DNA of 64,000 nt. Origin: Malacoraja senta. Its lineage: Eukaryota. The notes under the pieces are model-generated. The model was not told where the DNA came from, searched no databases, and was given only the letters and a program-made list of their open reading frames with translations. This document shows, one piece after another, positions 38,066-51,303 of this stretch. Numbering within the stretch: the first letter of the stretch is position 1; each line of letters begins with the position of its first letter. The stretch covers positions 1 through 64,000 of the forward strand of contig JAXLNO010000332.1 in NCBI GenBank assembly GCA_038087875.1, given 5' to 3'. The position numbers were made by a program, and so were the translations under genes.

Positions 38066-39168
38066 GACATAGAAAATCGGTGCAGGAGGAGGCCATTCGG
38101 CACTTCGAGCCAGCACCGCCATTCATTGTGATCATGGCTGATCGTCCCCTATCAATAACCCGTGCCTGCCTTCTACCCATATCCCTTGACTCCACTAGCC
38201 CCTAGAGCTCTATCTAACTCTCTCTTAAATCCATCCAATGACTTGGCCTCCACTGCCCTCTGAGGCAGGGAATTCCATAAATTCACAACTCTCTCGGAGA
38301 AAAAGGGTTTTCTCACCTCTGTCTTAAATTACCGCCCCTTTATTGGGCCATTCTGGACTCGCCCAACATTGGGAACATTTTTTCTGCAGTTAGCTTGTCC
38401 AGTCCTTTTATAATTTTATATGTTTCTATAAGATACCCCCTCATCCTTCTAAACTCCAGTGAGTACAAGCCTAGTCTTTTCAATCTTTCCTCGTATGACA
38501 GTCGCGCCATCCCAGGGATCAATCTCGTGAACCTACGCTGCACTGCTCCAATCACAAGGATGTCCTTCCTCAAATTAGGGGACCAAAACTGTACACAATA
38601 TTCCAGATGTGGTCTCACCAGAGCCCTATACAACTGCAGAAGAACCTCCTTACTCCTATACTGAATTCCTCTTGTTATGAAGGCCAACATTCCATTAGCC
38701 TTCTTCACTACCTGCTGTACCTGTAAGCCAACTTTCAGTAGAAGGACGCCCAGGTCACGCTGCACCTCCCCCTTACCTAACCTAACCCTATTGAGATAAT
38801 AATCTGCCCCCTTGTTTTTGCCACCAAAGTGGATAACCTCACATTTATCTATATTATACTGCATCTGCCCCCTCATTGAACCTGTCCAGGTCACCGTGCA
38901 ACCTCCTAACATCCTCTTCACAGTTCACACTGCCACCCAGCTTTGTGTCATCCGCAAACTTGCTAGTGTTGCTCCTAATTCCCTCTTCCAAATCATTAAT
39001 ATATATGGTAAACAGTTGCTGCCCCAACACCGTGTCGCATTCCACTCGCCACTGCCTGCCATTCTGAAAAGGACCCGTTCAATCCTACTCTTTGCTTCCT
39101 GTCTGCCAACCAATTTTCTATCCACGTCAACACCCTACCCCCAATACCATGTGCTCTAATTTTAGTCA
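38066..39168 (-). mobile_element. CR1 LINE 3' fragment
   Basis: ORFs 38854-39045 and 38340-38921 ([18 protein letters not shown]); CR1 tail. Confidence 0.92.
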
Positions 39169-40496
39169 CATTTTAGCATGGAGTTCCCGAGTCGGCCTCT
39201 TCTTACCGGAGACCGCAGGCTTCACGGTTAGACCTCCTCATGGGCGATCCTCGGCAAAGGAGCAAATCGCATCTCCGTCGAGGTAAGTTACTGAAAAAAA
39301 GTTTCCCCCAATCCCCCCCCCCACACCATGTAAAACAAATCTAGAAACACTAAAACATACTTTTAAAACATACCTAAAATATGGGAAGTGGTGACTCCGG
39401 ATAAACCCTGACGCCTTTCGCCAGCGAGAAAAAGACAGGAATGACCAAGAGATGGCCCACGAGGGGTCGGGGGGGGAGGGCGGGGGATGTACGTTTAATT
39501 TGGGTAATTCAATGTTCATGTCATTGGGCTGTAAGCTTTGAGGTGCTGTCCCCCCAGTCTGGCAATGGAGGCCCAGCACGGAAAGACCAGTGAGGGAATG
39601 GGAAGGGGAGTTAAAATGGTTGTCAACCGGGAGATCCAGCAGGCCTTGGCGGACCGAGCGCAAGCGTAGGGTGAAATACACGCCTAGTGTAGATACAAGG
39701 AACTGCAGATGCTGGTTTACAAAAAGAGACACAATCTCCTTGAGTAATTTGCACTTCTGGAGAGCATGGACAGGCAACATTCTAGGTCAGTACCTTTCTT
39801 CAGACTGCTTGGTGTAGGGGTGGAGAAAGTTGGAAAGGAGAAGTGGGAGTGGTCGCCTTAGATTCCTTTACCTCTACAGCGGCCTGACCCACTGAATTCC
39901 TCCACCGCATTAGAGGGAATGGACAGACGTTTTGAGTCAAGACCCTTCTTTAGACTGATTGGAGAGGGTGGGGGAGGAAGCTGGAAAAGAGAGATGGGGG
40001 CTGGACGAAGCCTAGCATGTGATAGGTGGACACAAAATGCTGGAGTAACTCAGGGGGATAGGCAGCATCTATAGAGAGAAGGAATGGGTGATGTTTCAGG
40101 TTGAGACCCTACTTCAGAAGTGATAGGTGGATATAGGTGAGGGAGACACAAGAAACTGCAGATGCTGGAATCTTGCATATAACACAATTTAGTTAGATGC
40201 ACAGAATCTCTTGCCCAGAGTGAGGGAATCGAGGACCAGAGGAAATCGGTTCAAGGTGAGGAGTAACTTTTCAACAGAGGGTGGTGGGTGTTGGGAACAA
40301 GCTGCCGGAGGAGGTAGTTGGGGCTGGGGCTATCCCAATATTTAAGAAACAGTTATAGACAGTTACATAGATAGGACAAGTTTGGAGGGATATGGACCAA
40401 ATGCAGGCAGGTGGGACTAGTGTAGTCGGGACAAGTTGATCGGTGTGGGCAAGTTGGGCCGAAGGTCCTATTTCCACACTGTATCACTCTATGACT

Positions 40497-43400
40497 TTTT
40501 TTTTGAAAATATTTTTTATTGGAGATAAGTACACACCCTATTAACATCATTACAGTCTTACATTTTTGAATTGATAATATTGTCAATTATTATTACATTG
40601 TCTCCAATACCTTTTGCCTTTTTTTTAAACTAGATAGAACTAAAAAGATAGATGAAGTAAAGAAAGAAAAGAGAGAGACGAAAAAAAAAAATCTAAAACA
40701 AAAAACAAACAAAAAAACAAAAAAAGAAAAAAGAGAAAGATAGTTAAAGAAGAATGGATAAATTTATTAAAATAAAAAACTTCATTCGAGATATATTCGT
40801 ACATTTCAGAGTATAGCATTTCATCCATTCTTTAGCCCGAGTGTTAGTCAGGTTCCTGTGCTGAACCATTCTGACCCTTTAAATAATCAATAAAGGGAGA
40901 CCATGTTCCAACGAATAATTCCTGTTTGTCCAACAGGGAAAATCTGATTCTTTCCACGTTTAAGGTCTCCGTCATTTCTATAATCCACATTTTGATTGTG
41001 GGGGTTATAGGGCCTTTCCAAAATTTTAGAATTAATTTTTTTCCTGTTATTATACTATAATCAATAACGTTTCTTTGTGTTGTTGTAAATGTTTGATTTA
41101 ATTCTAATGTTCCGAGTATTATTAATTTTGGATCCGGGTCCAATTGTGTGCTGGTCACTTTAGATATTATACTAAAAATATTTACCCAGACTTTTTTAAT
41201 TTTTATACAGTTTGCAAACATATGAGATAAGGTAGCTTCTAAATGTTGACATTTATCACATATAGGTGAGATATGTTGAAAGATTTTATGTAATTTTGTT
41301 TTTGAATAATGTAACCTATGTATTACTTTAAATTGTATTAAAGAATGTCTGGCATTTAATGAACATTGATGTATGTGTTGTAAACTTTCTTCCCAAGTAT
41401 CTTTCGTTATTATCTGATTTAATTATTTTCCCCATGTTTGTCTGTGTAAGTCCGTCGATGGAATGTCACTGTCTAATAAGATATTATATATATGATATTA
41501 TTTTTTCTGTATTAGGATGTTTATTCCAACATTCGTCAAGAATTTCTGAATTTCTAATTCGAAAATTTTGAGTATTCGATTTTACATAATCTCTGAGTTG
41601 AAGATATCTGAAATAATCATTTCCTCGGAGTCCATAAGCCTGTTGCAACTCCTGAAATGTCAGAAAAGTGCCTTCCTTGTAAAGTTGTCCCATATTTTTA
41701 ATTCCATAATTCTTCCATTGTGTAAAACCCCTGTCCAACCATGAGGGCTTAAACAAAGGGTTATTCACAATTGGAAGAAAAAGTGATAAATTATCTAATT
41801 TTAATGTATTTTTTAATTGTTTCCAAATTCGTATAGCACTAAATATTATAGGGTTTTCCCTATAAATTTTTTTGTTTAATTTAGACGTAGCAAATAATGT
41901 CGAGCCGATATCAAAAGGTAAACAATCTTCCTTTTCCATTTTTAACCAATCTGGTTGTTGATCTATTTCTTCCAACCAGAAATTCATATTTTTAATATTA
42001 ACTGCCCAAAAATAAAACAGAAAGTTGGGTAAAACCAAGCCTTCATTTATTTTTGATTTACACAAATGTCTTTTGTTTATCCTATGATTCTTATAATCCC
42101 AGATAAAATCATTAACAATGGAATCCAATTTAAAAAAAAAGTTTTTTGACAAATATATCGGAATTGTCTGAAAAAGGTATAATATTTGCGGTAAAAAAAA
42201 TCATTTTTATGGCATTAATTTTGCCAACCATTGAGATAGGAAGTGTTTTCCAGTATTGAATATTCTTATGTAGTTTGTTCAGTAATGGGGGGGAAATTTG
42301 CTTTAAATAATGATGTATATATCTTAGTTACATAAATACCTAGGTATTTAAATTTTTCATTTACCATTTTATATGGAAATTGTTGTATTATCTGTTTGTT
42401 ATGTTCCCTTATTGGCATAATTTCACTTTTATTCCAATTTATTCTGTATCCTGAGAGTGAACCAAATTGGGTTATTAGCTTTAATAAGTTTGGAATACTA
42501 ATTTCTGGCTTTGTAATGTAAATTAGTACATCATCTGCGTATAGAGAAATTGTATTCACTGTGTCCTTTGTGATATACCCATGTATTTCCGGATGACCCC
42601 TAACTCTTTCTGCGAGTGGCTCGATAGCAAGCGCAAATAATAATGGAGATAACGGGCATCCTTGTCTACAACCTCTAGATAGGCTGAATTTAGATGACAA
42701 CCTTTGGTTTGTTAATATTCTAGCCGTAGGGTTTGTATATAACAGTTTTATCCATGTGCAGAATTTCTTCCCTAGCTGCATATTTTCCATCACCGAAAAT
42801 AAATAAGACCATTCAACCTGATCAAATGCTTTTTCAGCGTCAAGTGAGATTATTGCTAGATCTTCATTAATAATTCTCTTAGAATAATAATATTAAATAA
42901 TCTTCTTAGATTATAATATGAGTACCGTTTCTGAATAAAGCCTGTTTGATCAGGGTGTATTAATTTATTCATCACTGTACTTAATCTATGCGCTAGTATT
43001 TTAGTTAATATTTTCTGATCTGTATTTAAAAGTGCAATTGCTCTATATGATCCCGGATCTTCCGGATCTTTATCAACTTTAGGAATAAGTGTTATTATAG
43101 ATTCATTTAAAGTATCTGGAAGTTTCTGTTGAGTATAGATATGCTCATACAGCCTTTGTAAACGTGGGGAGAGCAAATCATAAATTTTTAAATAAAATTT
43201 AGAGCCTAAACCATCTGGTCCTACTGCTTTACCATTTTTAAAGAGCCAATAGACTACTCAATATCCTTTATCGTAATCTCCCTTTCTAATAATTCTCTAT
43301 CGTTTGAATCTAAACCTTTTAAATTACATTTTAGTAAAAAATCTGCTATTCCTTCTGGTTGTACTACAGTTTTAGTTGAATAAAGATTATGATTGTATTG

Positions 43401-45031
43401 GAGAAATCTTTCATTTATATCCTTGGGCATTTTTAATAATTCTCCTGTCTCTGTTCTAATTTTATGAATTATTTTTTCCCCTTCCATTTTTCGTAACTGA
43501 CGTGTTATAGTTTTTGTGGTTTGTCTCCAAATTCAAAATGTAATTGTTTGGTTTTTTGATAAAGTTTTTATTACTTGTTCTGAATACATTTTGTTTAATT
43601 TATATTTCAATACAGCAATTTTATTATGTTTTAAAATAGATGGCATTCTCGCATTTTCTATATCTAGTTGCTTGATTTCACTTTCCAATGTTTGTTGTTT
43701 AATCCTGTTCTCTTTATTATAAAATACTTGAGCAGAAATTAATGCACCTCGAACAAACGCTTTAAACGTTTCCCACATAAGAGAAGTAGTTGTGTCAGGG
43801 TTGTCATTTACTTCAAAAAATATTTGAATCTGTTTAGTAATATATTCCTGGCATGATCTTTCGTTCAAAATTTGTGGGTTAAATCTCCAATATGTTTGTT
43901 TCTCGGATATTCCATTTAATTTAATCATGAATGTTACAGGTGCGTGATCTGAGATTATAATATTATGGTATTTTGAGTTATAAGTAAATGGGATAAACGT
44001 GGAGTCAACTAAAAAATAATCTATTCTTGAGTATGTTTTATGTACTGGTGAGTAAAATGAATATTCCTGTCCAGTTGGATTTTCAATTCTCCAGACATCC
44101 TTAATATTAGTGGTATTAATAAATGAATTTAAAAATACACTTGATTGAGATTTTACTTTTTTTTGCCGTGATGATCTATCTAAGTATGAATCTAATGTAC
44201 AATTGAAGTCTCCTCCAATTATTAATCTATATTGTGTAAATTCAGGAATTTTATTAAATGTTTTATTAAAAAACATAGGGTTATCAAAATTAGGCCCATA
44301 TACATTAAGAAGAATCACTTTTTCTCCATTTAACTCTCCAACTAATATAATATATCTACCATCAATATCCGCTATTGTTGATGAATTCGTAAAAGGTATT
44401 CCTTTACGAATTAATATTGCAACTCCTCTGGACTTATGGGAAAAAGAGGAATGATATGATTCAGCGATCCACTTAGCTTTAAGTCTATGTTGAGATTCCT
44501 TTTTAAGGTGTGTTTCTTGAAGGAATATTATATCTGTTTTGATTGAATTTAGATGTGCCAAAACTTTACCTCTCTTAATTGGTTCATTGATTCCCTTGAC
44601 ATTCCAACTACAAAATGTTATTCCCTGACCCCCTCTTGTCATATTAACATCTTGCATATTATTTCTAAGGTGGTCTATAACCGAGCAGAAGGTGCAACAC
44701 ATAAAACCTGACCCTGCTCCCGAACCACAAATAGATGAATTTAAAATCATATACATCGCTCTTCCGAACACATCTCCTTGTATTAGTCTTGTTGTTCCAT
44801 TCAAACATTAAGTTATAAAATTATTTAAAGTGAAAAAAGTGATAGAATTGGTTAATATAGGGTGAAAGAAAAAAAACTACATCTACAATTAGTGTAGTTA
44901 GTGATAGCCACACTAACGTGGCTAGAATTCTAAAGACTTCCGTAGCCTTTGTAAAAAAAAAAATTCCCAGCTCCGTGCCCGAAAAAAACAAGATTATTTC
45001 TGACAATCAAATAACTTCTTTGGGAGTAGCA

Positions 45032-45065
<34 letters not shown>

Positions 45066-45115
45066 CATACATACACACACACATACATATATATATATAC
45101 ATATATATATATACA

Positions 45116-45201
<86 letters not shown>

Positions 45202-46952
45202 CATATGCATACATACATAAGCACGTATCCCTGCAGAAAAGTCCGAAAACAGCATAAATTCACGACGTTATTATTCTCTACATATCATATTAATATCTTC
45301 GCTAAATCTATAAATTTGATTTTAAATTGAAAAATAAAGAGAAAAACCGTCAAACCTTATTATGACGTAGGCTGAATTACCTCTTGCATATCTTCCTATA
45401 GAATATAAGTATGTAACTCATTTCTACGTTAACCAGAGACTGTTAGTTATTAATCATTGTTATCAATCATACCAAGTATTAAATTTTTATGACTAATATA
45501 AATGTTAATAATTTTAGTAGTAATATAGATATTTAATAAGTATTAGTAGTTACATATATAGTTAGATATGAATATATAAATAGTAATAGTGATTAATAAC
45601 AAAACAAAACAAAAAAAAACACGGTTTTCTCCAATGTCCACCGTCCATTTCGGTTTTCGAATGTCCTTAAAGCTCTTAAAAGAACTTTAAAGGTCCTTTT
45701 AAATCTGGCGAAGTCCCATTAATCCTTGACTCCTGAGGAGTAATGTAAATTCTTCAGTCTGTGGTCACGTTCCCGATTTCTTTGGCATATTCCAGTGCTT
45801 TTTCGTGGTCTGTAAAAAATTGCTCCTTGTTCTTGTAGGTGACTCTTAGTCTTGCGGGGTAAAGCAAGCCGTATCTCAAATCAGGTACATTCTTCAGTAT
45901 TCTTTTTTGTCTCAGTGAACAGCGCCCTTTTCTTGAAGACCTCTGCCGGATAATCTCGGTAAATACTGAACCTCACACCTTCAAAATAGAGCTGTCTGCT
46001 TCGGACGATTTTCTTCATTATCTCGTCAAATTCATGATCAAGTTGCACCTTTACTATAATTTGTCTTGGATGGGCATCATCTTGTGTACGACGCCGCTGC
46101 GCTCTATGAGCTCGACCGAGTGAAGGTTTTTGGTCCAATTTTAAGTCTTTTTGTAGTAGGTCTGCCACAAAATCCCGAGGGCCCATTTCCCTCTCAGTTC
46201 CTTCTTTCACCCCTACATTTCTTAGATTCTTACGTCTTTGATGCCCCTCCAAATCGGTACACTTATCACTTAATTTGATCACCATACCGGAGAGGCGTTG
46301 GTTTTCAATAAGGAGTCGACTTACAGTTTCCTCACTTGTCGCCGCCCATTTCTCAAGTTCGGTTATCGCTGTTCTATGTTGATCAAGTGCTTGATGAATG
46401 GGGGCCACATCCATATTAACGTTTGATTCCACCGAAACGAGCCTGGCTTCCAGCACTTCCATCTGTTCCTTGACCTCCTCGTCCCTCGACCTCTTCCAGA
46501 CTTCCAGTATTTCTTGAACGGTAGAAAGCAATTCTGCTTTAAAATCTACCTTAAAAGAGTTAAGTTCCTCTTTAAAATTCAATTTTCCTTCAAAGGTTTT
46601 CAACTCAGCAGCGAGGAAAGTTTTAAGATCTTCAATTTCAGACTTTTTCTGCTTTGATTTCTTCGGAGGGTCTTCCTGGGCCGTCATTGTAACTGAGGCC
46701 GAGGCCTCAGTTAGGCCTTCCTCTTCCATCGGTGGTTTCCCTTTAACGGTTTTTTTTGTGTCCCCACGGGGGGGGGGGGGGTACGTTGCATCGACATACC
46801 GTCAAAGTCGCGCGCGGATGACGTCACGCGGCAGGCAGCCGTTCAGATCGCGATCGCTGCAGGTAAGACCCGATTTTCTCCCGTTTTCAGATTCTTCGGC
46901 ACGGAGCTAGTTGGCACTGGACGCAAGCCTCCATAGCGCCACCGGAAGTCCT
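40497..46952 (-). mobile_element. Full-length L1 (L1-C), same family as L1-A; ORF1 46729-~45750, ORF2 ~44657-40844, both frameshifted
   Basis: 5' GACTTCCGGTGGCGCTATGG; TSD TCACTCTATGACT at 40484-40496 and 46953-46965; near-identical ORFs to L1-A. Confidence 0.95.
45034..45200. repeat. (TA)n microsatellite in the L1-C inter-ORF spacer
   Basis: Direct inspection; much shorter in L1-A (~9030-9075). Confidence 0.95.
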
Positions 46953-46974
46953 TCACTCTATGACTCTAACACGA

Positions 46975-47325
46975 AGTGCTGCAGTAACTCAGCAGATTAG
47001 GCAGCATCTCTGGAGAACATGGATAGGTGACGTTTCACAGAGTGCTGCAGTAACTCAACAGGTCAGGCAGCATCGATGGAGAAAATGGATAGGTGATGTT
47101 TCACAGAGTGCTGGGGTAACTTGGCGGGTCAAGCAGCATCTGTGGAGAACATGGATAGGTGACATTTCACACAGTGCTGGAGTAACACGGCGGGTCAGGC
47201 AGCATCTGTGGAGAACATTGATAAGTGACGTTTCACAGAGTGCTAGAGTAACTCAACGGGTTAGGCAGCATCTGTGGGGAAGATGGATATGTGACATTTT
47301 GGGTCAGGACCCTTCTTCAGACTGA
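46975..47325 (-). repeat. Tandem ~64-bp Penelope pLTR-like units (5 copies), paralogue of 5640-5857
   Basis: Repeated AGTGCTG..GTAACTC..CGGGTCAGGCAGCATCTGTGGAGAACATGGATAGGTGACGTTTCAC. Confidence 0.85.
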
Positions 47326-47729
47326 CACGATGTTAACAGATGAGGGGGTGATCGGCAGATGAGTGAAGTAAGTGACAGAGGCGAGGGAAAATAAGGGGAT
47401 GAAACGAGATAAGGAGAGAGAAATGTATATGTGCAGCATTAAGGGACATTGGTCAGGTAGCATTTGGAGTATTGCATACAGTTCTTGTCACTCCATTACA
47501 GGACTGATGTGGAGGCTTTGGGGAAAGTGCAGAGATGGTTAACCAGAATGGTTTAAAAACTAGGAACTGCAGATGCTGGTTTACAAAAAAGGACACAAAA
47601 TGCTGGAATAACTCAGCGGGACAGGCAGCATCTCTGGAGAGAAGGACTGGGTGACATTTCGTGTTGAGACTGGGGAGGGTCTCGACCAGAAACGTTACCC
47701 ATTCCTTCCAGCATTTTGTGTTTACCTAA

Positions 47730-48940
47730 ACAGCGCCAGCAGTCTGGAGCGGGCAAAGGCCTTGCCACAGAGCAGGCAGGTGAAGGGGCGCTAGCCGGTG
47801 TGGACTCGCCGGTGCTCCAGCAGGTGGTCAAGGCGGGTGGGCAGGGGAAGGGACGTGCACCGCTGTGGGTACGCCGGTGCTGCCACAGGCTGTACGTGCG
47901 GGTGAAACCCTTGCCACACTCAGCGCACAAAACTGTCTCTCTTCGGTGTGTATCCGCTGGTGCTCCCGCAGCCGCCATGCTCTCTTGTCACAGTGGGAGC
48001 AGCAGCTTGCCGGCCTGGGGTCGCCGGTGCTGCCGCAACCCCTGCGAGCTGTCAAACGTCTCACCACAGTACACCACAGCAATCATAGGGCTGGCCACTG
48101 GTGTGCACGTGCTGGTGAGACAGGACGTGGGAGGCCATGACAAAGCGCTCTCGATACACCGGGCTGGGGACGGGACCGTCGCCGGCGTGCACCCGCTGGT
48201 GGGACAGCAGCTTGGTGGAGCACATGAAGCCCTTGCCGCACTGGGCGCAGGAGCGCTCGCCGGTGTGGATGCGCTGGTGCTTCAGCAGGTTGCTGGAGCG
48301 GGTGAAGCCCTTTCCGCACTGGGCGCAGGTATAGGAACGCTCCCCGGTGTGGGTGCGCAGGTACTTCAGCAGGTTGTTAGAGTGGGTGAAGCCCTTGCCG
48401 CACTGGACGCAGGTGTAAGTATGCTCGCCCGTGTGTGTGCGCTGGTGCACCAGCAGCCTCGTGGAGTTGGTGAAGCCCTTGCCGCACTGGGCACAGGTGT
48501 ACGGGCTCTTGACGGTGTGGGTGCGCTGGTGCTCCAACAGGCTGCTGGAGCAGGTGAAGCTCTTGCCACAGTTGCTCCAGGTGTAAGGGCGCTCCCCGGT
48601 GTGCAGGTGCCCGTGCGCCTTCAGGTTCGGCAACGATATGAAGCCTTTGCCACAGTCAGAGCAGGTGAGGGGCCGCTCACTGCTGTGCGCGCAGATTCGA
48701 CAACTGGGTAAAGCTCCTGCCACAGGTGGAGCAGCCATAGGACGTCACGCCTATGGGCACTCGCTGGTGAACCTTCTGTTCACTCGCTGTCTTAAAGCTC
48801 TTGCCGCACTCCGTGCAGCCGAAGGGGTGTTCTCCCGTGTGAACCCGCCGGTGAATCTCAGGCTCGCTCAGCCAGGCCTTGCCACACACGTCGCACTCAT
48901 AATGCTTCTCCTTGTTGTGTCCTGCCATGTGGTCCTCCAC
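47730..48940 (-). pseudogene. C2H2 zinc-finger gene copy C (frameshifted)
   Basis: VEDHMAGHNKEKHYECDVCGKAW...; ORFs 48677-48943 and 48061-48738 in different frames; acceptor TTCACCTCCTGTAG at ~49065. Confidence 0.9.
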
Positions 48941-49368
48941 CAAAGCTCAGCCCCTCGAAGATCAGCACGCACACCGAGCAGATGGGGGAGGGGGGCGGCT
49001 CACCGGCACCCTCAATGGCTGCTCACGTCTCCGTCTCTTCGTCCACAGCAACGGCTCCTAAACCCTACAGGAGGTGAACACTGAGGGTCAACAAGCTGGC
49101 AAACAGGACATTACTAACGCGTGAACATTACTAGTGCTTGAAGGGGGAGGGGTGGGGGATTGGGAGGTGAGCGTGGGGGATGGGGGAGTGAGAGGGGTGA
49201 CAGGAGGGGAAGGGGGTGAGGAGGCAAGGGGGAAATAGGGACGGGGATGAGGATGGTGGACGTGAGGGGAGGGGGAGAAGGGATGGGGGGGTTGTGAGGA
49301 TAGAGGGGGGGAGTGTGAGGGGAGAGGAGGGGGTGAGGAGGCAAGTGGTAGAAGGGGGGCGCACTGAC

Positions 49369-49720
49369 CTGGGGGTAGCCGAGCATCTGGGCACTGAGTC
49401 GAGCCACCCGCACGTCTCCCCGCCCAGCGCCATGACGTCTGCCGCTCACACGGCGCCAACCACCGGCGCCCTGACGTCACCGCTAATTCGAGCGGTATAG
49501 CCGGCACCGCCCCGCCGGTAATTGGTTCTGAGTCGCGTGGGGGTGGCATGAGTGGGTGGGGGGTGACGGGCGCCGAACATTCGTGAACCGCGTCGAGCCG
49601 CCCGCCCTGCACCGTGACATCAGCCGCACGCACGGACCGCGTGTACAATCGGCGTCCTGGCGTCACTGCCCATCTGACGGGGACTCCCGGGTCCGCCCCT
49701 GCCATTGTGCAGATCACGTG
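49369..49720 (-). promoter_or_regulatory. CpG island / non-coding exon 1 and promoter of ZF copy C
   Basis: Donor CCAG|GTCAGT at 49369/49368; TGACGTCA 49472-49479; CCAAT (minus) ~49521; GC boxes. Confidence 0.6.
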
Positions 49721-49939
49721 GGGGGCGGCATGCATCATGGGAAGAAGGTCACACAGTGCTGGAGTCACTCACCGGGTCGGGCAGCGTCTGTGGAGAGAAG
49801 GAATCCGTGACGTTTTAGATCGAAACCCTTCTACAGTGATGGGAGGTACAGAGAGAAGGAAGTGTAAGGAGTGAAACCAGGACATATGGAATGGAGTTCA
49901 AGGAAAATGTGGAATATATCATTGTTAGTTTGGAGAAGG

Positions 49940-50100
49940 TAACATAGACAATAGGTGCAGGAGTAGGCCATTCAGCCCTTCAAGCCAGCTCCGCCATTCA
50001 ATATGATCATGGCTGATCATCCACAATCAGTACCCCATTACTACTTTCTCCCCATATCCCTTATTCCGTTAGCCTAAGAGCTAAACCTAACTCTGTCTTG
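49940..50100 (-). mobile_element. CR1 LINE 3' UTR fragment
   Basis: Reverse complement of GATCAGCCATGATCATATTGAATGGCGG...GGCCTACTCCTGCACCTATTGTCTATG. Confidence 0.8.
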
Positions 50101-50106
50101 TACATC

Positions 50107-50318
50107 AGAGAGAGAGAGAGAGACAGACAGAGACAGAAAGAGTGAGACACAGAGAGAGACAGACAGACACAGAGAGAGGGAGACAGAGAGACAGAGGTAG
50201 AGACACAGAGAGAAACAGAGGGAGAGACAGAGACAAACAGAGACAGAGAGAGAAAGACAGAGACAGAGACAGAGAGAGAGATAGAGAGAGATAGAGAGGG
50301 ATAGCGAGAGAGAGAGAT

Positions 50319-50355
<37 letters not shown>

Positions 50356-50488
50356 TACAGAGAGATAGAGAGAGAGAGAGAGAGAGGCAGTGAGAGACGG
50401 CGAGACAGATAGAGACAGAGAGAGAGACAGAGAGAGAGATAGTGAGAGAGATAGTGAGAGGGATAGTAAGAGAGATAGTGAGAGAGAT

Positions 50489-50519
<31 letters not shown>

Positions 50520-50716
50520 CATACAGATATAGAGATACAGAGAGATAGAGAGACAGAGAAAGGCAGAGAGAGAGGCAGAGTGAGAGAGAGAGAGACAGAT
50601 AGAGACACAGAGAGAGACAGACAGACAGACAGACACAGAGAGACAGAGAGAGAGAGAGACAGACAGAGAGAGACAGTGACAGAGAGAGACAGAGAGAGAG
50701 AGACATGGAGAGAGAC

Positions 50717-50771
<55 letters not shown>

Positions 50772-50894
50772 GAGACAGAGAGAGACAGAGAGACAGAGAG
50801 AGAGAGAGACAAGGAGAGAGACAGAGAGAGAGACAGAGACACAGAGAGAGACACAGAGAGAGACAGAGAGAGACAGAGAGACATAGAGAGAGAC

Positions 50895-50946
<52 letters not shown>

Positions 50947-51138
50947 AAGAGACAGAGAGAGAGAGAGAGACAGAGAGAGAGACAGAGAGAGAGTGAGAGA
51001 CAGAGACAGAGAGGCAGAGAGAGAGAGAGGCAGAGAGAGAGGCAGAGAGAGGCAGAGAGAGAGACAGAGAGAGACAGAGAGAGACAGAGAGAGAGAGACA
51101 GAGAGAGACAGACAGAGACAGAGAGAGAGACAGCGACA

Positions 51139-51170
<32 letters not shown>

Positions 51171-51272
51171 CAGAGAGAGAGTTGGAGAGAGAGAGGCAGA
51201 GAGAGAGAGAGTAAGAGACAGAGAGAGAGAGAAAGAGAGAGAGACAAAGAGAAAGAGAGAGAGATAGAGAGT

Positions 51273-51303
<31 letters not shown>

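Larger units (their letters stand above)
33260..38068 (-). mobile_element. Rex1/Babar LINE (body 37001-38068, tail 33260-33345), inverted paralogue of 21640-25450
   Basis: GYVRMLFIDFSLAFNTIVP, PQGCALCPLLYSLYTHDC; shares its downstream flank (33120-33260 = reverse complement of ~25550-25690). Confidence 0.88.

Noticed and set aside
47716..48711. 331-aa plus-strand ORF (also 6608-7216 and 28011-28841)
   Set aside because: These are antisense shadows of the GC-rich zinc-finger repeats.
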